Both the position numbers and the translations under genes were made by a program. A stretch of 64,000 nucleotides of DNA from Candidatus Falkowbacteria bacterium. Its GTDB lineage: Bacteria; Patescibacteriota; Patescibacteriia; UBA11705; JABHMO01. Of this stretch, positions 16,946 to 26,246 are shown one piece after another. Where the stretch lies: the NCBI GenBank assembly GCA_018674305.1, contig JABHAL010000008.1:954-64953 (forward strand), given 5' to 3'. Each line of letters opens with the position of its first letter. Within the stretch, counting starts at the first letter, position 1. The notes below the pieces were generated by a model that did not search any database, was not told where the DNA came from, and saw only the letters and a program-made list of their open reading frames with translations.

Positions 16946-18538
16946 ATGAAAAAACTTCTTTTGGTGTATGCTTTAATTTTAGTTGTGGGAGTGGGTTTCT
17001 TGAGCGTAGATTTTGTGCAATCAAAATCCATGGCAGAGAGCCTAAGCGGAAAAATTTTACTTCAGGTTGAGGACAATGGTGAGGCCTGGTACGTGTATCC
17101 AGGTGAATTAACTCGTTATTATTTAGGAAGACCTGCAGATGCCTTTGATATTATGCGTGATTTAGGTTTGGGAGTAAGTGAAGCGGATTATACTCAATTC
17201 GATGGTACTGCTCCTAGTAATTTGGCTGGTAAAATCCTTCTTCGTGTAGAAGCTAATGGCGAGGCTTACTATGTTTATCCTAATGATCTGAAATTGTATT
17301 ATCTTGGGCGACCAGCTGATGCCTTTGATATTATGCGTAGTTTAGGTTTAGGCATTACTAATGTTAACTTGGAAGAAGTTGCAGTGGCTCCAAAGTCTAA
17401 AACTGTGCTAACTGCATTGGATAATTTAATTAAGAGTGTTTACTCTTGTAGCGTTTGTGGTATGGGAGAAAAATGTGTAGCTGGAAGTTGTCAGGCTGTA
17501 GCTTTAACGAATACAAGTTACTGTGGAAATTTTGTCTGCGAGGCGGGGGAGTCGTACGATGGTTCAGCTCAAACTGGAAACTTTACTCAATGCGCAGTTG
17601 ATTGCAGTGCGCCATGTACGGATGATAATTGCAATGAGTATGTTCGCGTAGATTGTGGTTGTAGCGAGTCCGCAGAACTTTCAGCGAGGCACGGTTGTGT
17701 ATCTGACGCACCAGCTTGTACCAGTTGTGGAACTCAAGCAACTTTATTTCCTGAATTGTTATCCATTCAAACAGAAATTGTTAAATGCTTAGAAGATTAT
17801 TTTCAGTTTAGACCAGCAAAGATGGTTTATAAGGTTTTTAATAACCCGACCTTGGACAAGTGCACCTTGCCCGAGGGTTGTGATGGATTTGAAGGTGGTT
17901 CTGGTGGTCCGGACTATGTGATGTTTCACAATCTAGATGGCTTTCGAGAATACAATCAAGTCGTGCCAACAAAGCCAGAACATTTAACGGCGGATGTACA
18001 CGAAACAACTCACTATTTCCTGTATCAAATGTTGCATGGTGTCCCATCATGGTTTCATGAAGCAATTGCGATTCAAACCAATGAACGGTTAGATTGTACT
18101 GATAGACAAATGGAGCTTGGAGATTCTTATCTTAATGAAAAGGGAGTTAATACCGGTGGCATTGTTATGGGAAATGATAGATTTTTAGATTATGGTTTTT
18201 ATAGAGATTTTCGTGACGGTAAGGTTAGTCTAACAACAGCACAAAAAGATAATCATTATCTTACTGCTTCATTGTTTTTAATGGGATTGAAGGAAGAATA
18301 TAGCTGTGGATTTGAATGTGTTGGCGATACAGTTATTAAACTGAAGGAATTTGAACAAACTCAATGTCGAACGGGCTCAGGTTCAAACTGTGCTATTAGT
18401 AATTATCAGGACACTTGGGGACTTGGCTGGCTTGATGGTAGCGAATTAAAAGCCAATAAAGTGATTAAACAAAAGTTTGAGGATGTGATTGGTAAAGATA
18501 TTTCAAGTTTACTTGATTTGGTTGGTTTGGATTATTAA
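16946..18538 (+). CDS. secreted protein: GKILLQVE repeats, Cys-rich linker, gluzincin-like metallopeptidase
   Basis: Signal peptide; two GKILL.VE.NGEA.YV.P..YYLGRPADAF repeats; HETTH...PSWFHEA. Confidence 0.8.
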   Translation: MKKLLLVYALILVVGVGFLSVDFVQSKSMAESLSGKILLQVEDNGEAWYVYPGELTRYYLGRPADAFDIMRDLGLGVSEADYTQFDGTAPSNLAGKILLRVEANGEAYYVYPNDLKLYYLGRPADAFDIMRSLGLGITNVNLEEVAVAPKSKTVLTALDNLIKSVYSCSVCGMGEKCVAGSCQAVALTNTSYCGNFVCEAGESYDGSAQTGNFTQCAVDCSAPCTDDNCNEYVRVDCGCSESAELSARHGCVSDAPACTSCGTQATLFPELLSIQTEIVKCLEDYFQFRPAKMVYKVFNNPTLDKCTLPEGCDGFEGGSGGPDYVMFHNLDGFREYNQVVPTKPEHLTADVHETTHYFLYQMLHGVPSWFHEAIAIQTNERLDCTDRQMELGDSYLNEKGVNTGGIVMGNDRFLDYGFYRDFRDGKVSLTTAQKDNHYLTASLFLMGLKEEYSCGFECVGDTVIKLKEFEQTQCRTGSGSNCAISNYQDTWGLGWLDGSELKANKVIKQKFEDVIGKDISSLLDLVGLDY

Positions 18539-18555
18539 ATTCAATTTATGATATT

Positions 18556-18582
18556 GTAGGGACCGCATACCGTGCGGTCCCT
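18556..18582. repeat. GTAG-type REP-like palindrome, possibly doubling as terminator
   Basis: GTAGGGACCGCATACCGTGCGGTCCCT followed by TTTT. Confidence 0.65.
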
Positions 18583-18755
18583 TTTTATCCAAAACAACCG
18601 TGGTTTTATTCACTAGAGTTGCTAATTTAAGTAAAATCTATTATAATAGTTATAGAAATTTGAAACTAGAAAATAGAAACTTTAGTAGTGGGGAGTTGTA
18701 AAATTACTTAAATAGTACAATTTTTATATTCCTGTATTTTTATTATTTTAAACTT

Positions 18756-20048
18756 ATGGAACAAACTTACATTAAAGATTTTTCAGAAAAATTAGATCAG
18801 GAGGTTTTAATCAAAGGCTGGGTTTATAATTTCCGTTCATCTGGCAAGATTGCGTTTTTACAAGTTCGTGATGGTTCCGGATTTACGCAGGCAGTTGTAG
18901 CAAAAGATTCAGTTGACGAGGATTCTTGGCAGGTCATTGAACAAATGATGCAAGAAAGTTCAGTTGAAGTTGTAGGTACCGTTTCGAAACATCCGAAAAA
19001 GGAAGAGTACGAACTTCAAGTCAAAAAATTAAATTTTATCCAAAGATCTGAGGAATACCCAATTGGTAATAAAGAGCACGGGCCGGATTTTTTGATGGAA
19101 AATAGACATCTTTGGTTGCGTTCACCAAAACAAGCTGCTATTCAAAGGGTTCGAACTACAGTAATCATGGCAACTTATGAATTTTTCTTGGAAAAGGGAT
19201 TTACTAAAATCGATTCTCCGATTCTAACGCCTGCTGCTTGTGAAGGAACAACCGAGCTTTTTGAAATGGAGTACTTTGATCTTGGGAAAGCTTATCTTTC
19301 TCAAAGTGGTCAATTATATTTGGAAGCAGCAATTGCTTCATTCGGCAAAGTATTCGACTTCGGCCCGACTTTTCGTGCGGAAAAATCCAAAACTCGTAGA
19401 CATTTAACAGAATTTTGGATGATGGATGCGGAAATGGCTTTTTATGATCATGAAATGAGTATGCAACTGCAAGAAGATCTGATCTGTTACATTGCAAAAT
19501 CAGTTTTAGAAAAAAATAAAGCAGAATTAGAAATTCTAGAACGTGATGTGTCAGCTTTAGAAAAAATCACTGCTGGTTTTGAACGATTGACTTATAAACA
19601 AGCACTTGAAGAATTAAAAACCAAAGGTTCAGACATCAAAGACGGAGAAGATCTTGGTAATGATGACGAGGATTTAATTATGAAGGATAGAGACAAGCCA
19701 ATCTTTATTGAAAAATGGCCAGCTGAGATCAAAGCTTTTTACATGAAAAGAGATAAAGATAATGAAGATATTGCTTTGTGCTCGGATGTGATTGCGCCAG
19801 AAGGTCATGGTGAAATTATTGGTGGATCACAGCGTGAGGATGATTATGAAACTTTAGTTAAACGAATAAAGGAACATAAATTACCGCAAGAAGCATTTGA
19901 CTGGTATTTAGATTTAAGAAAATATGGTTCAGTCCCACATTCAGGTTTTGGTTACGGCTTAGAGCGAATTGTGGGTTGGATGTGTGGTACGAAACATGTG
20001 AGGGAAACAATTCCTTTTCCGAGGACTATTAATCGTATATATCCTTAG
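18756..20048 (+). CDS. asnS: asparagine--tRNA ligase
   Basis: OB fold; SQSGQLY, FRAEKSKTRRHLTEFWM, GEIIGGSQRE, PHSGFGYGLER. Confidence 0.96.
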   Translation: MEQTYIKDFSEKLDQEVLIKGWVYNFRSSGKIAFLQVRDGSGFTQAVVAKDSVDEDSWQVIEQMMQESSVEVVGTVSKHPKKEEYELQVKKLNFIQRSEEYPIGNKEHGPDFLMENRHLWLRSPKQAAIQRVRTTVIMATYEFFLEKGFTKIDSPILTPAACEGTTELFEMEYFDLGKAYLSQSGQLYLEAAIASFGKVFDFGPTFRAEKSKTRRHLTEFWMMDAEMAFYDHEMSMQLQEDLICYIAKSVLEKNKAELEILERDVSALEKITAGFERLTYKQALEELKTKGSDIKDGEDLGNDDEDLIMKDRDKPIFIEKWPAEIKAFYMKRDKDNEDIALCSDVIAPEGHGEIIGGSQREDDYETLVKRIKEHKLPQEAFDWYLDLRKYGSVPHSGFGYGLERIVGWMCGTKHVRETIPFPRTINRIYP

Positions 20049-20056
20049 AAATTGAG

Positions 20057-20134
20057 TACTGACAAATGCTGATATATTGATAACTGATTTGTAAAATTGT
20101 TTTTAGCATAATCAGTAAATCAGTACGATCAGTA
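20057..20134. repeat. inverted array of TACTGAT units
   Basis: TACTGA..TGCTGAT..AACTGAT versus ATCAGTA x3; related to the 7409 family. Confidence 0.55.
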
Positions 20135-20143
20135 ATCATTTAT

Positions 20144-20632
20144 ATGAAGAAATGGCAAATATTAGTTGGAGTAATAATTATTGTTTTAATCGTAAATGGT
20201 TTGTTTTGGTTATGGCTTGGTCAAGATAGTACACCCGTTGTGAAAGTTGATTTTGAAAAGATGAAGGAGTTTAAAAATGATTTGATAGAATTTCAATACC
20301 CAAATAGTTTGATTTACAATGAAACTGATAGTGGGGCTATGTGGTTCAATTCAATTGATCAAGGCGTGATGATTTTTTATGATACTTTTGAGCGTGACGC
20401 AGAATTAAATTTTGAATCTCAATTTAATAAAAATGTATTGGGTGGTCAAGTTTGTCCAATCAAGTCCCAAAAGAATAATTACGTGTTGTATTATGAGTGC
20501 AAATATTTAAAATCTGTGTTTACAATAATTAATTTCGAAAAAGATGATCACTTAGTGGTTTTAGGATTAAATCATAATTATTTTTCTGAGGATGATATTA
20601 ATTTGATAATATTAAGTTTAAACACACAGTAA
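20144..20632 (+). CDS. membrane-anchored hypothetical protein (PsbP-like FQYP motif)
   Basis: N-terminal TM helix; IEFQYP. Confidence 0.7.
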   Translation: MKKWQILVGVIIIVLIVNGLFWLWLGQDSTPVVKVDFEKMKEFKNDLIEFQYPNSLIYNETDSGAMWFNSIDQGVMIFYDTFERDAELNFESQFNKNVLGGQVCPIKSQKNNYVLYYECKYLKSVFTIINFEKDDHLVVLGLNHNYFSEDDINLIILSLNTQ

Positions 20633-20760
20633 AACACGGAAAACACAAGAACACAGAAAACACAGTAAAAACAGCAAAACACGGAAAACACCTACAAAAA
20701 CAGTTTCGTGATTTGGTATATTCATGGTTTCGTGATTTCGTGTATTCGTGGTTTCGTGAT
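20621..20760. repeat. inverted array of AAAACAC(A/G) and TTTCGTG units with no gene inside
   Basis: About 8 AAAACAC units followed by about 5 TTCGTG units; same left unit as the flanks of 25328-25693. Confidence 0.7.
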
Positions 20761-20767
20761 TTTTAAT

Positions 20768-22189
20768 ATGAATAGAACATTAGCAGGAGAAACTGCAAAC
20801 AAACAGGGGGAAGAAGTTTTAGTTAAAGGTTGGGTTAATGCTCGACGTAATATGGGTAAGATTGCTTTTGTTGACTTACGTGATCGAAGTGGTTTACTTC
20901 AAGTTGTTTTAGTGCCAGCGGAATTAGACGAAGAGTCTAATGAAATTTTAAAAGACATTCGACCGGAATTTGTTTTGGAAATTCAGGGAGTTGTTAATGA
21001 ACGTGGGGAAAAGCAAAGAAATCCAGACATGGCCTCAGGCGGTGTTGAGGTTTTGGCTAAGTCAGTTAAAGTTTTGTCTAAATCTAAGACTCCACCATTT
21101 GAAATTGATAATGAAGAACGACAAGCTAAGGAAGATTTGCGATTGCAATATAGATATTTAGATTTGCGTCATGATCGCATGCAAACCAATATGGTAATGC
21201 GTTCAAAAATGATGCATTTTGTTAGAAATTATTTAAATGAGCAAGGCTTTATTGAAATTCATACCCCAATATTATCCAAGTCAACCCCTGAGGGCGCACG
21301 AGATTATTTAGTGCCTTCTCGAGTTCATCCGGGAAAGTTTTTTGCTTTACCTCAAGCACCACAACAGTATAAACAACTGTTAATGGTTGCAGGTTTAGAA
21401 AGATATTTTCAAATTGCGCCTTGTTTCCGTGACGAAGATTCTAGAGCGGATCGTAGTCCTGGAGAATTTTATCAAATTGATATAGAAATGTCCTTTGTTG
21501 ATCAGACAGAAATATTAGATTTAGTAGAAGGGATGTTCACTGATATGGTCAAAGAGCTTTGGCCAAACAAAAAAGTAACAGAAACACCTTGGCCACGATT
21601 GCAATACGATGATGTTATGAAAAAATACAAAACTGATAAGCCTGATTTGCGAAAGAACAAGGAAGATTTGAACGAATTAGCATTCGCTTGGATTTTGGAT
21701 TGGCCACTTTTCATAGAACAAACAGAGAATGACTTTTTTCATGGAGCTGGACAGAAGTGGGGCCCAGCACATAATATGTTTACTCGACCAAAGGAAGAAG
21801 ATGTTGGTCTTTTAGATTCAGACCCAGGAAAAGTTAAGTCTTACCAACATGATTTAGTTCTTAACGGAATTGAAGTTGGTGGTGGAGCTTTAAGAATTTA
21901 TGATGCCAAACTTCAAGAAAAAGTATTTGAGTTAATTGGTTTTGATGATGAGAAAAAGAAACAATTCTCACATTTACTTGAAGCATTTGAATATGGCGTA
22001 CCGCCACATGGTGGAATTGCCCCAGGCTTTGATAGGTTGTTGTCCATCCTGCAAGGAGAGCAAAATATTCGTGAAGTTATCGCTTTCCCGTTAAACTCCG
22101 ATGCTCGTGATCCTTTGATGGATGCACCATCTGGGGTTGACAAGGCTCAGCTTGATGAGTTGGGCATAGACTTAAAAAAGAAAAAATAA
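20768..22189 (+). CDS. aspS: aspartate--tRNA ligase, short form lacking the GAD domain
   Basis: STPEGARDYLVPSR, CFRDED.RADR, PPHGGIAPG.DR; DKPDLR is joined almost directly to FAWILDWP. Confidence 0.95.
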   Translation: MNRTLAGETANKQGEEVLVKGWVNARRNMGKIAFVDLRDRSGLLQVVLVPAELDEESNEILKDIRPEFVLEIQGVVNERGEKQRNPDMASGGVEVLAKSVKVLSKSKTPPFEIDNEERQAKEDLRLQYRYLDLRHDRMQTNMVMRSKMMHFVRNYLNEQGFIEIHTPILSKSTPEGARDYLVPSRVHPGKFFALPQAPQQYKQLLMVAGLERYFQIAPCFRDEDSRADRSPGEFYQIDIEMSFVDQTEILDLVEGMFTDMVKELWPNKKVTETPWPRLQYDDVMKKYKTDKPDLRKNKEDLNELAFAWILDWPLFIEQTENDFFHGAGQKWGPAHNMFTRPKEEDVGLLDSDPGKVKSYQHDLVLNGIEVGGGALRIYDAKLQEKVFELIGFDDEKKKQFSHLLEAFEYGVPPHGGIAPGFDRLLSILQGEQNIREVIAFPLNSDARDPLMDAPSGVDKAQLDELGIDLKKKK

Positions 22190-22193
22190 ACAT

Positions 22194-22490
22194 ATGCGTT
22201 TATCTGTCCTGCAAAAACATATTTTATCGAGGTGCTATAATAGCCGGAGAGCGAAGATAGATAGAAATGTTTTTTTGAGTTTTTATCAGAAACAGGGCAG
22301 GGCAAAGAAAGAATTGCAAGTAAAAGTGATAACTGGGAGTATTGAAAGCTTGATTGATAAAGAATTAATGATTGGCTATGGCGTTAGGACATCACATAAG
22401 TGGTTTATCAAGCAAGTTAGTTTAACCAATAAAGGGAAGAAGCAGGCCAAGAAATTGATTGGTGAACAGTTGTCATTGAAATTAAAATAA
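22194..22490 (+). CDS. small basic winged-helix-like protein
   Basis: SLIDKELM...LTNKGK wHTH-like ending; tightly coupled to aspS and scpA. Confidence 0.7.
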   Translation: MRLSVLQKHILSRCYNSRRAKIDRNVFLSFYQKQGRAKKELQVKVITGSIESLIDKELMIGYGVRTSHKWFIKQVSLTNKGKKQAKKLIGEQLSLKLK

Positions 22491-22492
22491 TT

Positions 22493-23182
22493 ATGTACGA
22501 AATAAAAACAGAAAAATTCAACGGCCCATTAGATTTATTATTGCAACTAATTGAAAAACAAAAATTGGAGATTACAGAAATTACGCTTAGTCAAGTTACA
22601 GATCAATATATTCAGTACCTGGAGGGCATGGAAAATAAGCAGGCAGACGAACTGGCAGACTTTTTAGTGATAGCAGCCAGATTGTTGCTTCTAAAATCAA
22701 AGGCTTTGTTGCCATATCTGGAACAAGAAGAAGAATTGGACGATTTGGAAAAACAATTAAAAATGTACAAAGAGTTTATTGATGCTTCCAAAAAGATTCA
22801 GGAGTTGATCGGTCAAAAAAGATTTACTTTTTCACGACAAAAGCCAATTGCGAGAACGGAGATAGAATTTTCACCACCCCAGGAGTTAAAGGTACACAAT
22901 CTGAAAGAATCTTTGCTAATTATTCTTAGACGTTTAGACCCACTGGTTAAATTACCTCGGCAAATGATGGAAAAGACCGTTAGTCTACAACAAACAATTT
23001 TTGATATTCAAAAGTACTTGAAAACAAAAGGGAAAATGGGATTCAATCAAATAATGACAGACTCAAAAAGTAAAACAGAGGTCATTGTAAATTTTTTAGC
23101 ACTTTTGGAGTTAGTAAAACAACGACATTTAAAATTAAAGCAAACTAAAAATTTTGAAGATATAATTATTGAGAAAATATAG
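22493..23182 (+). CDS. scpA: segregation/condensation protein A
   Basis: FNGPLDLLLQLI, FLVIAA.LL..KS..LLP, FLALLEL. Confidence 0.95.
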   Translation: MYEIKTEKFNGPLDLLLQLIEKQKLEITEITLSQVTDQYIQYLEGMENKQADELADFLVIAARLLLLKSKALLPYLEQEEELDDLEKQLKMYKEFIDASKKIQELIGQKRFTFSRQKPIARTEIEFSPPQELKVHNLKESLLIILRRLDPLVKLPRQMMEKTVSLQQTIFDIQKYLKTKGKMGFNQIMTDSKSKTEVIVNFLALLELVKQRHLKLKQTKNFEDIIIEKI

Positions 23183-23183
23183 T

Positions 23184-23283
23184 TACGGATTACGGATTTG
23201 CCCGGATATACGGATTGACTTAGAGATTTAGTAATAGCAGTCTTTAATTAGATCTGTACATCCGTAAATATCAGTAATCTGTA
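23184..23283. repeat. inverted TACGGAT array between scpA and scpB
   Basis: Right arm 23252-23283 matches 7502-7533 at 29 of 32 positions. Confidence 0.75.
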
Positions 23284-23288
23284 CATGT

Positions 23289-23834
23289 ATGAAAACAAAA
23301 ATAGAAAGTTTATTATTCATTTCCAGCAAACCTTTGACAGCTAAATCAATTGTTAGTTTTTTGACAAAACAAGGTGAACAAATAACTGCACAGCAGGTTC
23401 TAGAAATAGTCGAAGATTTAAAACAAAAATATAACCGCCCTGAAAGTGGTGTTCAGTTGGTACAGGCAGGGAATGAACTACAAATGACTACTAATCCTGA
23501 TGTGGCAGAAATTATTAAAAAGTTTTTGAAAGATGATATTACCGGTGAACTAACTCCAGCTTCACTGGAAACATTGACGGTGGTAGCTTATCGTGGGCCA
23601 ATTACCAAACCCGAGTTAGAGCAAATTAGGGGAGTAAATTGTAGTTTAATTATCCGCAACTTATTGATTCGTGGACTAATCACTTTTGAAACGAATAAAA
23701 ATAGCGGACAAAATAGTTATGAAGTGACAATTGATTTTCTAAAACATTTAGGTTTAAATAACGTTAAAGAATTACCTGACTACGAAAGATTAAGTAAAGT
23801 AGAAAATCTTGAGCAATATTTAGAAAATAAATAA
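23289..23834 (+). CDS. scpB: segregation/condensation protein B
   Basis: IESLLF, LETL.VVAY.GPIT..ELEQIRGVN, FL..GL....LP. Confidence 0.95.
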   Translation: MKTKIESLLFISSKPLTAKSIVSFLTKQGEQITAQQVLEIVEDLKQKYNRPESGVQLVQAGNELQMTTNPDVAEIIKKFLKDDITGELTPASLETLTVVAYRGPITKPELEQIRGVNCSLIIRNLLIRGLITFETNKNSGQNSYEVTIDFLKHLGLNNVKELPDYERLSKVENLEQYLENK

Positions 23835-23845
23835 CTATAAAAAAT

Positions 23846-24364
23846 ATGGGATTTGATTCACAAAAAGGAGTCGGTGGTGGAGATAAACATAATGCAGGGG
23901 TTTATGATTTAAATGAAATGGCAGCTCAAAGTCCAGAGTTTGCTGAGGCTCTCGCCGATGCCAAGAAAAAGGAAGCTGAAAAAAAAGCAGCTGAGGCTGC
24001 GGAAAGAAAAAAACACCAAGTTCAGTTTATGAAGATTCCAGAGGAAATATTAAAGTTGCGTAAAAAGGTCGAAAAGAAAAAAGAGCAAGATTTAACCTCT
24101 GTTCGAGAAGAGATTGACGCGATTGATGACATTTCGGTAACCGCAGAAATGCATGCTATGCCAAAAGACAGAGTTAGTCCGGAAGTAAGTCATCCTGCCA
24201 GGGTTTTTAATATTAAGGAAATGGCTGCGGAAAACCCAGAATTTGCAGCCGCTCTTGAAAAAAGAAAGCAGGAACAATCTGAACAAAGGGCAGCTGATCA
24301 AGCAGAAAGAGAGAAGCATTATGCTAGAGAAATGCCAGCTGTTCGTCCAGAAGATTTAAATTAA
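23846..24364 (+). CDS. charged hypothetical protein with internal repeat
   Basis: YDLNEMAAQSPEFAEAL / FNIKEMAAENPEFAAAL, each followed by a coiled segment ending AER.KH. Confidence 0.7.
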   Translation: MGFDSQKGVGGGDKHNAGVYDLNEMAAQSPEFAEALADAKKKEAEKKAAEAAERKKHQVQFMKIPEEILKLRKKVEKKKEQDLTSVREEIDAIDDISVTAEMHAMPKDRVSPEVSHPARVFNIKEMAAENPEFAAALEKRKQEQSEQRAADQAEREKHYAREMPAVRPEDLN

Positions 24365-24373
24365 CAGAATTAG

Positions 24374-25273
24374 ATGTTATTAAATATTATTATTACCTTA
24401 TTATTGCTACAACCATTTAGTAATATCTATTCTTCGGATATTTCTTTTTTTGATATCAAGGCAAGGGCGGAGCATGAACCACCGCAAAGAATCAATATAC
24501 AAAATATAGGAGTGGAGGTTGCTGCTGATCGTTTTGTGGCAATTGATATTAATAGCGGAAAAGTTCTATTGCAAAAAGATAGTAATATTCAACAACCCAT
24601 TGCGAGCATTACTAAATTAATGACCGCCTTAGTTATACTTGATAAGCAACCTGACTGGCAATTGGAAGTGGAAATGCAACAGTCTGATGAAACAGTTGGT
24701 GCGTATCCTCATTTGTATCGTGGTGAGAGAGTCTCTTTTACTGATTTATGGAAGGCGGGACTGGTTACTTCAGATAATAATGCTATTAAGGCAATGATTC
24801 GTGGATTAGGATTAGGCCAAGCAGAGTTTGTTGATTTAATGAATGAGAGAGCAGAACAAATGCAAATGTACAATTCTCGTTTTGCTGATCCAACAGGTTT
24901 AAATGAAGGTAATATCTCTACAGCGTTGGATGTTTCTCGTTTAGTACATTTGGCAATGCAAAGAAATGAGATTCGCGAATCAGTTTTGCAGTCAAAATAT
25001 AGTTTTAAAATTTTGAATAATGGTAAAACTCGGAAGATTAATAATACCGATATATTGGTCAGTAGTTTTTTGAATAGTGCTAAGTATGGATATGAATTAA
25101 TTGGTGGCAAAACCGGTTTTTTGAATGAAGCAGGTTATTGTTTGGCTGTAGAAATTGCCCACGAGCAACATTCTATTGCTATAGTTGTTTTGAATAGTCC
25201 AAGTATTAATCAACGTTTTCAGGATGTTAAAGTTATTGCTGACTGGGTATTTTCAAATCATAAGTGGAAATAA
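24374..25273 (+). CDS. S11-family D-alanyl-D-alanine carboxy/endopeptidase
   Basis: ASITKLMT (SxxK), SDN, GGKTG. Confidence 0.92.
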   Translation: MLLNIIITLLLLQPFSNIYSSDISFFDIKARAEHEPPQRINIQNIGVEVAADRFVAIDINSGKVLLQKDSNIQQPIASITKLMTALVILDKQPDWQLEVEMQQSDETVGAYPHLYRGERVSFTDLWKAGLVTSDNNAIKAMIRGLGLGQAEFVDLMNERAEQMQMYNSRFADPTGLNEGNISTALDVSRLVHLAMQRNEIRESVLQSKYSFKILNNGKTRKINNTDILVSSFLNSAKYGYELIGGKTGFLNEAGYCLAVEIAHEQHSIAIVVLNSPSINQRFQDVKVIADWVFSNHKWK

Positions 25274-25754
25274 AACACAGAAAACACAAAAGCACAAAAG
25301 CTATACAAAAAGTTAGGATAAGATATTATGACTCAAGAGTATAAGGAAAAGCTTAAACAAAAAATGAACAGTTTTGTTCACTTCGTATATGATGCGACCT
25401 TAAATTTTCCAAAGCAAGAAATATATTCAAGTGTGTCTCAATTTCGGCGTGCTGCCTTATCGGTTGTTTTAAATTATATTGAGGGATATGCTCGAAGAAG
25501 GATAGCGGTTCAGTATAATTTTTTTGAAATATCCTATGGATCTTTAAAAGAAGCACGATTTCTTTTAAAATTTTCTTTAGAAAGAGGATATATTACAGAT
25601 GAAGAATTTCAAAGAGGGGATGTCTTAGCAGATGAGATAGGGGCAATGTTATGGAAAGAATTAACGGATATTAGTAATTCAATGAATAAATAATTTCCAT
25701 CAAAAGTTTCAGGTTGAGTTTTTGTGTTTTCTGTGCTTTTGTGTTTTTGTGTGT
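25272..25754. mobile_element. putative element: four-helix-bundle gene flanked by inverted AAAACAC arrays
   Basis: 25272-25300 AAAACACAGAAAACACAAAAGCACAAAAG; 25719-25754 is its inverted counterpart. Confidence 0.5.
25328..25693 (+). CDS. four helix bundle protein (IVS-protein/bAvd-like family)
   Basis: FP..E.Y...SQ.RRAA.SV..N..EG..R......F..ISYGSL.E. Confidence 0.9.
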   Translation: MTQEYKEKLKQKMNSFVHFVYDATLNFPKQEIYSSVSQFRRAALSVVLNYIEGYARRRIAVQYNFFEISYGSLKEARFLLKFSLERGYITDEEFQRGDVLADEIGAMLWKELTDISNSMNK

Positions 25755-26246
25755 ATGTTAGACGCAGTTTACAATTTTTTCTCACAATTTCCAGACTGGC
25801 TGGCAACATTTTTATTAGCGATGCTTCCAATTACAGAATTAAGGGGTTCAATACCATTTGCGATTGGTTATTTTCATATGGCGCCGTGGTTAGCTTTCGT
25901 TATATCAGTTTTGGGAGATGCTATTCCAGCAATATTGATTGTTTGGTTTTTGAAACCTTTGTCTGGTTGGCTAAGTAGGCATTTTAAAATCTTTGAACGG
26001 TTTTTTAATTGGTGGTTCAATAAAGTTGTTAAAAAGTTTGAAAAGAAATACCAAAAATATGGTGAATGGGCATTAATGATCTTTGTGGCGATTCCTTTGC
26101 CAGTTACAGGAGCCTGGACCGGTGCTGCAGCTTCATTTCTATTTAAAATTCCTCGAAAAAGAGCTTTAATTTTTATTTTTATGGGTATAGTTTTGGCAGG
26201 AATTATTGTGACAGTAATATCGACAGGAGTATTTGCATTTTTATGA
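25755..26246 (+). CDS. small multi-drug export family membrane protein
   Basis: MLPITELRGSIP, FVAIPLPVTGAWTG. Start at ATG 25755. Confidence 0.88.
   Translation: MLDAVYNFFSQFPDWLATFLLAMLPITELRGSIPFAIGYFHMAPWLAFVISVLGDAIPAILIVWFLKPLSGWLSRHFKIFERFFNWWFNKVVKKFEKKYQKYGEWALMIFVAIPLPVTGAWTGAAASFLFKIPRKRALIFIFMGIVLAGIIVTVISTGVFAFL

Noticed and set aside
25328..25693. Diversity-generating retroelement (Avd-like gene)
   Set aside because: No reverse transcriptase and no TR/VR pair with adenine-specific mismatches were seen.
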